DNA of 64,000 bases from an uncultured Planctomycetota bacterium (lineage in GTDB: Bacteria > Planctomycetota > Planctomycetia > Isosphaerales > Isosphaeraceae). The stretch lies in NCBI GenBank assembly GCA_963845755.1, contig CAWJTV010000011.1, positions 1,184,001 through 1,248,000 of the forward strand, given 5' to 3'. Numbering within the stretch: the stretch's first letter is position 1; each line of letters begins with the position of its first letter. A program made the position numbers and the translations under genes. Positions 58,747 through 64,000 of this stretch are shown here, piece after piece. The notes below the pieces were generated by a model. That model was not told the origin of the DNA. It did no database searches and worked only from the letters and a program-made list of their open reading frames with translations.

Positions 58747-60236
58747 CAATACCGTTTAAGGAAGCATAACCACTGTCTCTGCAAAGGTTTTCTTCAAGGG
58801 CGGAATGTGTCGATGTTTGGATCGTTTCTTTTTCCACTTGGACATTTTACGCTTGATCACTCGCGGATTGATCCGGTTCCTCCGCATTTCGTCATCGGTG
58901 CGCTCCCCCTGCATCTCCCACAATAATCCCTGGTACCACTCCTCGAACGCCTCGGGGGTCGAGCTGTTGCATTCTGGCAACCGGCACTTGAGGATCTGGA
59001 AGCACCCCAGAAACGACAGCCGATCCGGGTCCAGCCCCACGGTCCCGGCGGCCGCAACCATCAAGGCTCGGATCACGAAATGACCCAGCGACAGCGCATA
59101 GATCTCCTGGATCACCCCCGCCGGGGTCTCGCTTCGCATCTGTGCCGGCTTGGTCGCCCGCCGCGGATCATGATGGGTCTTTTGCTCATCATAGACCAAC
59201 TCCTGTTCCCATCTCTCGTGATAAAGAATAATCAATTCTTCAGCAGGATAAAGCTCCGCGTCAAGGAGATTCGTGATCAGCACATGAGTTTCACCGTGTC
59301 CGACTCGTTGCGGGTCGTCCAGTGTATAGCGGATCACCCGGACGACGATCCCATCCCGATCGATCTGACGGTCGTAGCAACCCCGATAAATCTTGGCCAG
59401 GTACGAGCCATCCGCCAGGTTTTGGATCGACTTGAGGATCAAGCCGCTTTTCACGCGTGCCAACAGCTGGACGCCCCGCAACATCGCCGTTTTCCAGTGG
59501 TCATAGCTGAAAAACCCGCGATCCTCCAACAGGAGCATCTCCGGAGTCAGATGGCGGAGCAAGCCGCCGACCATCGACGGTTCGCCGTGGGCGATCGACC
59601 GGACCACGAAGGCCAGTTCGATGTGGGTCCCCAATTCGACCAGGCTCAGCTTGCGGACTTGGGGGAACGCGCCGTCGCCGCGCGGCCCGGCCGAGGGCGC
59701 GGCGAAGGCCACGGCGTTGGCCTCCGAGTCGGGGACATCGTAGACGGTCCCATCGATGCCGACCAGGCGGAACCCGCGGTAGAAGGCTCCGGGCGTATCG
59801 GGCCGGGCCAGAGGATGAACGACGTGCTCGAACAGGTGGCGGACCGGCGCGATGCCCAGGCGTTGCCGGGCCACACACAGGCTGGATCGATGGGGACTCT
59901 CCTCGCCGACTCGGAGCCGGCGTGCATGCTTGAAGACTTGGCGGATCGGCAAGTCGGTCAACAGCCCCATGGCCAGGACCACCCAGCAAACAATCTCGTG
60001 GGTCAGTGTGCAACGTCGTTGATTGGTTTTACCGGTGGCCGCGAGGACTTGGCGAACGGCCTCGGGCGAGATAATCTGTTCCAGTCCCGCCAAGCGATCC
60101 AAGATCCGGCCCGACGCATCGGGCGGCAGCGTGCAATGTCCGTGCGGCATGCGAGTCATGGCCTCCGTGTTGCTTGGGTCGTGAGTAAACCCAAAGTAAC
60201 AGGAGGCTGTGGCTTGCGCCTATTTCAACGGTATTG
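58747..60236 (-). mobile_element. IS4-family insertion sequence with 10-bp target site duplication
   Basis: TIR CAATACCGTT / AACGGTATTG; direct repeat GGTTTAAGCT at 58737-58746 and 60237-60246. Confidence 0.93.
58756..60159 (-). CDS. IS4-family transposase
   Basis: ARQRLG..P, GIDGT, LEDRGF, LITNL, YHERWEQELVYDEQK, RINPRVIKRK. Confidence 0.95.
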   Translation of the reverse strand: MTRMPHGHCTLPPDASGRILDRLAGLEQIISPEAVRQVLAATGKTNQRRCTLTHEIVCWVVLAMGLLTDLPIRQVFKHARRLRVGEESPHRSSLCVARQRLGIAPVRHLFEHVVHPLARPDTPGAFYRGFRLVGIDGTVYDVPDSEANAVAFAAPSAGPRGDGAFPQVRKLSLVELGTHIELAFVVRSIAHGEPSMVGGLLRHLTPEMLLLEDRGFFSYDHWKTAMLRGVQLLARVKSGLILKSIQNLADGSYLAKIYRGCYDRQIDRDGIVVRVIRYTLDDPQRVGHGETHVLITNLLDAELYPAEELIILYHERWEQELVYDEQKTHHDPRRATKPAQMRSETPAGVIQEIYALSLGHFVIRALMVAAAGTVGLDPDRLSFLGCFQILKCRLPECNSSTPEAFEEWYQGLLWEMQGERTDDEMRRNRINPRVIKRKMSKWKKKRSKHRHIPPLKKTFAETVVMLP

Positions 60237-60289
60237 GGTTTAAGCTCGTGGGCCGAATCCATGGCATCCCAGAGACGGTCCCGGTTCAG

Positions 60290-61492
60290 TCATAGCGATG
60301 TGACCATCAGGAACCCGTCCTTGACCGTATAGATCAGGCTGATCGATTTCAACAGCCGGTCCAGCGCCGACTTCAACGGCTCCCCCTTCGCGGTAAACGA
60401 GACCGGCGTCGCGAGTGTCTTCTCGGCCTCCTCGAGGCCCATGGGGTCCACATAGATCGGGATGCCGCGATCGTTCGGGCCCCTGCGAGTCGCGGATGTG
60501 ATGAGCTTGAACACATCTTCCAATGATGTCTTTTCGAACCTCAGGTCGATCTTGTCTTCGAGCCGATCCAGGATGAGCTTCGTTGCCGGGTCGGGCTCGA
60601 GGAGACGTTCGCCATCTGATTCGCGAATGTTCAGCCGATCGACGGGGACCTTGAGATAGTAGGTGAACGCGCCGAGCAGGTCGCCCTCCTTGGCGTTCGC
60701 GTGACAGTGTAGACAAGCCGCCTTCGCGCAGATCGCGCCGAACATCCGCGTCGGCGCCTCCCGGGTCCACACCAGTTCCTCGCCGCGGCGCAGGGCTTCG
60801 AGGCCGAGGCGCTCGAACTCGTCGAGCGGCCGGCGTTTCGCTTGCCGGGCCAGCGCCGGCGTCGCCATCTCGTCGAGCACGTACACCGAAGGCTCGTCAT
60901 CGGTCAGCAGGCTGACCAGTTCGACGCGGTCGATGGCCGGCGACGCGACCGAGACGCCGCGATCATTCTCGAAGATGTCCATGCGCCAGAACCCAAAACC
61001 TGAGCGGTTCTCGAATAAGTGGACCGTGCCGTTGTGGACACCGTACAGTCCGGCCGTCCGTGTGGTGAGTGTCGGGGCGCATTCGATGGAACGGCAGTAG
61101 GTCGGCGGCATCGGCTCGGCAGGTTTGGGCAGCGACGTGCGGCCTTTCCGTCCCTTCAACACCCTCTCGTACAAGGCAGGGATCTCCAGCGTCTCATCCG
61201 GCGGCATCGTGCCGCCTTTCCGTCCCTTCAACACTCTCTCGTATTTCCGGCCGTCCCCCCGCTTTGGATCGCCGGCGGGCCGTACGGCTCGCCGGCTCCG
61301 CTCCGCTTTGCGAACCCCGTCGAGCGGCTCCGCGGGCACAGTCGACTCTTGGGACGAACCGGCGAACTTCGTCAGCTCCTGAGGCTGGCCGATTCGCGCG
61401 ATCGGTCGATTATTCCGATCAGCGGAAACAATGGTGCCAACCCCGCAAGCAATCACGACGGCCAGCATCACGAAATGCCGAAGTTTGGCCAT
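60290..61492 (-). CDS. Membrane-anchored CxxCH protein with extra C-terminal STN-like domain, copy 2
   Basis: AACLHCH...GDLLGAFTYYL; tail KIDLRFEKTSLEDV...IPIYVDPMGL...LIYTVKDGFLMVTS. Confidence 0.75.
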   Translation of the reverse strand: MAKLRHFVMLAVVIACGVGTIVSADRNNRPIARIGQPQELTKFAGSSQESTVPAEPLDGVRKAERSRRAVRPAGDPKRGDGRKYERVLKGRKGGTMPPDETLEIPALYERVLKGRKGRTSLPKPAEPMPPTYCRSIECAPTLTTRTAGLYGVHNGTVHLFENRSGFGFWRMDIFENDRGVSVASPAIDRVELVSLLTDDEPSVYVLDEMATPALARQAKRRPLDEFERLGLEALRRGEELVWTREAPTRMFGAICAKAACLHCHANAKEGDLLGAFTYYLKVPVDRLNIRESDGERLLEPDPATKLILDRLEDKIDLRFEKTSLEDVFKLITSATRRGPNDRGIPIYVDPMGLEEAEKTLATPVSFTAKGEPLKSALDRLLKSISLIYTVKDGFLMVTSL

Positions 61493-61949
61493 GTGAGCAG
61501 CTTCCCGTACGAACGCGGGTCGAACGCCTGGCGAACGCGGTTTAAGTGATCTCGCCTACCCTTGACATGCAAACCGATTTTATCCCCACGAGACTGACAC
61601 CGCCAGGTGGCGCGGCCAATTGGCTGCATTCACAACAAACATCAATGATCGCATGCAGGTTCGCGCTCTTGCTCTTAGGCCGTCGAGCTAGGGTTCACCC
61701 AATCGTCGGATGGTCGGACTCCGGACCCGATCGGAGGTCATCGTGGCTCGACTGGCGATGCCTCGAGTCCGGGGACGCGAACCGAGAAGAGGAACCCATA
61801 ACAGGGCTGCACGGCCTCAAAGGGCGGGAAGCAACAAGTGTACGAATCCAAAAAATGTTGGGATTTCGTTATAAAGAAGTGGGCCGGACTCAGACCGGCT
61901 TCGGGAGGTCCCCGTGTTGCCGACCGGCAACCGATCAACCTCCCCTTGT

Positions 61950-62170
61950 GTCATGGGCAGGACGAGAATGCCTGCCATCTCCGGCCCTCACACGGGAAAA
62001 ACGACGTATGGACATGGGGCTTCATCTTCGATCGTACCAGTGACGGTCGAAGTCTCAAATGGCTGAATATTGTTGATGATTATACTCGAGAATGCCTGGT
62101 GTTGGAGCCGCGCCGGGCATGACGGCCGAGGAGATCCGGGTCATCCTGGCCGAAGTCGCGGCGACTTGTG
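61950..62170 (+). pseudogene. IS3-family OrfB (integrase core) remnant
   Basis: NDVWTWGFIFDRTSDGRSLKWLNIVDDYTRECL. Confidence 0.8.
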
Positions 62171-62759
62171 AGACGGATGTGCCTATCGATGAAGACCCGC
62201 TCGATCCATCGTCTACTGTATGAAAGAACAGGTAATTCCCATTATCACTGGATCAAGAAATGGGGAGCAGGCCATACGGCTCCGCGCAATCCACAGGCAT
62301 TATTTTTTTGAGAAAAATTTTATCTCTTATCCCTGTTGAGGGTTCGGGAGCGAAAAACCGTAACTTCGGGCATAGGTGCATTAACGGTTTTCCAAAGCTG
62401 AGGCATCCTGATCGTAGAGGGCCGCACTATCACTTCCCGCCGCGTCCGAGTCGTCATCAAACTATGTCAGGGGATAGCCGAACACGTCACCGTCCGCCAT
62501 CGGCTGGTCGCAATCCAGACCCGAGCGGACCGACTCAGCAGGCGTTCGTCCCGAACTCGCTTCAGGCCAACGAGATCGGGGATGGAGGCCTTTCCAATTG
62601 ATAACAAGGTGTGCCACTTTGTGCCACGATCCGGCCCTGGGGGTCGCACGAGGCGGTGGCGCGGGACGTCCCGGTCATCACGGCGAGCTCGGGCCTGGGG
62701 CGGGGCCGGCAGGCTCGCTGATGGTGATGTTCGCTCGGGATGCGGCAGCTCCAAACCGG

Positions 62760-62930
62760 CCGACCACCGCGCCGCCCTGGAAGCCCACGTCAAGCGAATG
62801 ATGGAACTGCAAAAGCGGGTTGAGAGATTGAATCGAGACCTCTTACCGAACACGCAGGAGTACGAGGCCGTATGGTACGTCCTGGAAGCGCGGCTCTGGT
62901 TGGAGCGGGCGAAGACCGAGTCATCCCCCT
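62760..62930 (+). pseudogene. Fragment of a planctomycete helical domain
   Basis: RAALEAHVKRMMELQK...WYVLEARLWLERAK with no convincing start codon. Confidence 0.35.
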
Positions 62931-62967
62931 CGCTCGAGTGCGGAACCGGGTGGGCGCGGAAGGGGAG

Positions 62968-64000
62968 TTACCCAACCGGATTCAGCTCATCGGCCGCCGC
63001 ACGAGCCAGCTCCTCGACGCCGACCCGGTCGCAGAAGTCGCCGAACGATTCATCATCGAGGCGCTCGTCCTTGAAGCGGACGAACACGGGCAGAAGCTCG
63101 GCAACGACGCGGTCGTAGGGGACGTAGTCCTTGAACTCGACGTTGAGGCGATCGCCCTGGGTTCGTCCGCCCAGGAAGATGGTGTACGTGCCGGGTCCGG
63201 GTGTGCCGTCGGCCTGGACGTGGGCCGAGCGCCCGACCAGTCCGATGTCGGAGTTATACGGGCGGGCGCAGCCGTTGGGGCAGCCGGTCATCCGGACGGT
63301 GAACCGCTCCTGGTCCAGGCCCAGGCGCGCCAGCTCGAGCTCGAGCTGGTCGATCACGCCGGGCAGGGCGCGCTCGGCCTCGGTGACCGCCAGGCCGCAC
63401 GTCGGCAGGGCAGGGCAGGCCATCGACCATCGCCGGACCGTCGAGATCTCCTCGACCGTCGCAATGCCGTAGTCTTCGAGCCATCGTTCGATCGCCGGCC
63501 GCCAGGATGGCTCCAGGTCGATCAGGAGGATCGACTGCTGGCAGGTCAGCCGGCCGGGCGTCCGGTACTTCTCGAAAAACGCCCGCAAGCCGCTGAGCAG
63601 CCGGTACGAGCCCTGGTCCTTGATCCGGCCGTTTTCGACGGGCAGGCCCAGGAAGAGCTTGCCGTCCTCCTGACGATGCCAGCCCAGATGGTCGTCGACC
63701 TCATGGACGAGCGCCGACTTCGGGTCCATCACCGGATGGCCCAGGTATTCCTCGATCTTCGCACGGAAGGCCGGAAGTCCCCAGTCGTGGATGATGTACT
63801 TCAGCCGCGCCCGCTTCCGATCGGAGCGGTTGCCGAAGTCGCGGAACACCTTCAGCACGGCTTCGCCGATCTTGAGCACGTCGGCCCGGTTGACGTAGCA
63901 AAGCGGGACGGCCAGGAAGGGGAACGTCTTCTGGGCGCTGGGTGTCGTGCCCAGGCCGCCACCGACCAGGACGTTGTATCCGACCAGCCGGCCATCGTTG
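62968..64000 (-). CDS. Sulfite/nitrite reductase hemoprotein (CysI/Sir-like), C-terminal part; 5' end outside window
   Basis: GNRSDRKRARLKY, DHLGWH, ENGRIKD, MACPALPTCGLAVTEAER, RMTGCPNGCARPY (siroheme/4Fe-4S cysteines). Confidence 0.92.
   Translation of the reverse strand, partial: NDGRLVGYNVLVGGGLGTTPSAQKTFPFLAVPLCYVNRADVLKIGEAVLKVFRDFGNRSDRKRARLKYIIHDWGLPAFRAKIEEYLGHPVMDPKSALVHEVDDHLGWHRQEDGKLFLGLPVENGRIKDQGSYRLLSGLRAFFEKYRTPGRLTCQQSILLIDLEPSWRPAIERWLEDYGIATVEEISTVRRWSMACPALPTCGLAVTEAERALPGVIDQLELELARLGLDQERFTVRMTGCPNGCARPYNSDIGLVGRSAHVQADGTPGPGTYTIFLGGRTQGDRLNVEFKDYVPYDRVVAELLPVFVRFKDERLDDESFGDFCDRVGVEELARAAADELNPVG

Noticed and set aside
57830..61492. Diversity-generating retroelement (template/variable repeat pair)
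   Set aside because: No reverse transcriptase in the window; the similarity spans whole genes and differences are not adenine-specific

Overview
GC-rich bacterial chromosomal segment. It looks like Planctomycetota, probably Isosphaeraceae-like; this is inferred from DUF1559 prepilin-like genes, LExR-xLL leader proteins, an ECF sigma-WD40 fusion, a PEP-CTERM protein and Ser/Thr kinase-TPR fusions. Contents in order: two kinase-TPR genes; a redoxin/Cu-monooxygenase, YHS and glycosylation block; a ~11 kb cluster of paralogous exported proteins sharing an Arg-rich/LExR-xLLS leader (13.7-25 kb); an IS5 element abutting a palindromic MITE; a phytoene-dehydrogenase-like oxidoreductase; a YhaM-like HD nuclease; nitrogen assimilation genes (GSIII, gltB/gltD, LysR); a small toxin-antitoxin island (hicBA, DUF433 and two unknown ORFs); an MqsRA-like pair; a TPR-multiheme/DUF1559/TPR/GT-C locus; a mobile-debris island (IS3 fragments, CHC2 zinc finger, IS4 with a 10-bp target duplication between two duplicated CxxCH genes); and the 3' part of a sulfite/nitrite reductase. 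About 25 single-base frameshifts break otherwise well-conserved genes and are most likely sequencing/assembly indels. No rRNA, intact tRNA or CRISPR array was recognised. All family assignments come from motif recognition by eye, not database searches.
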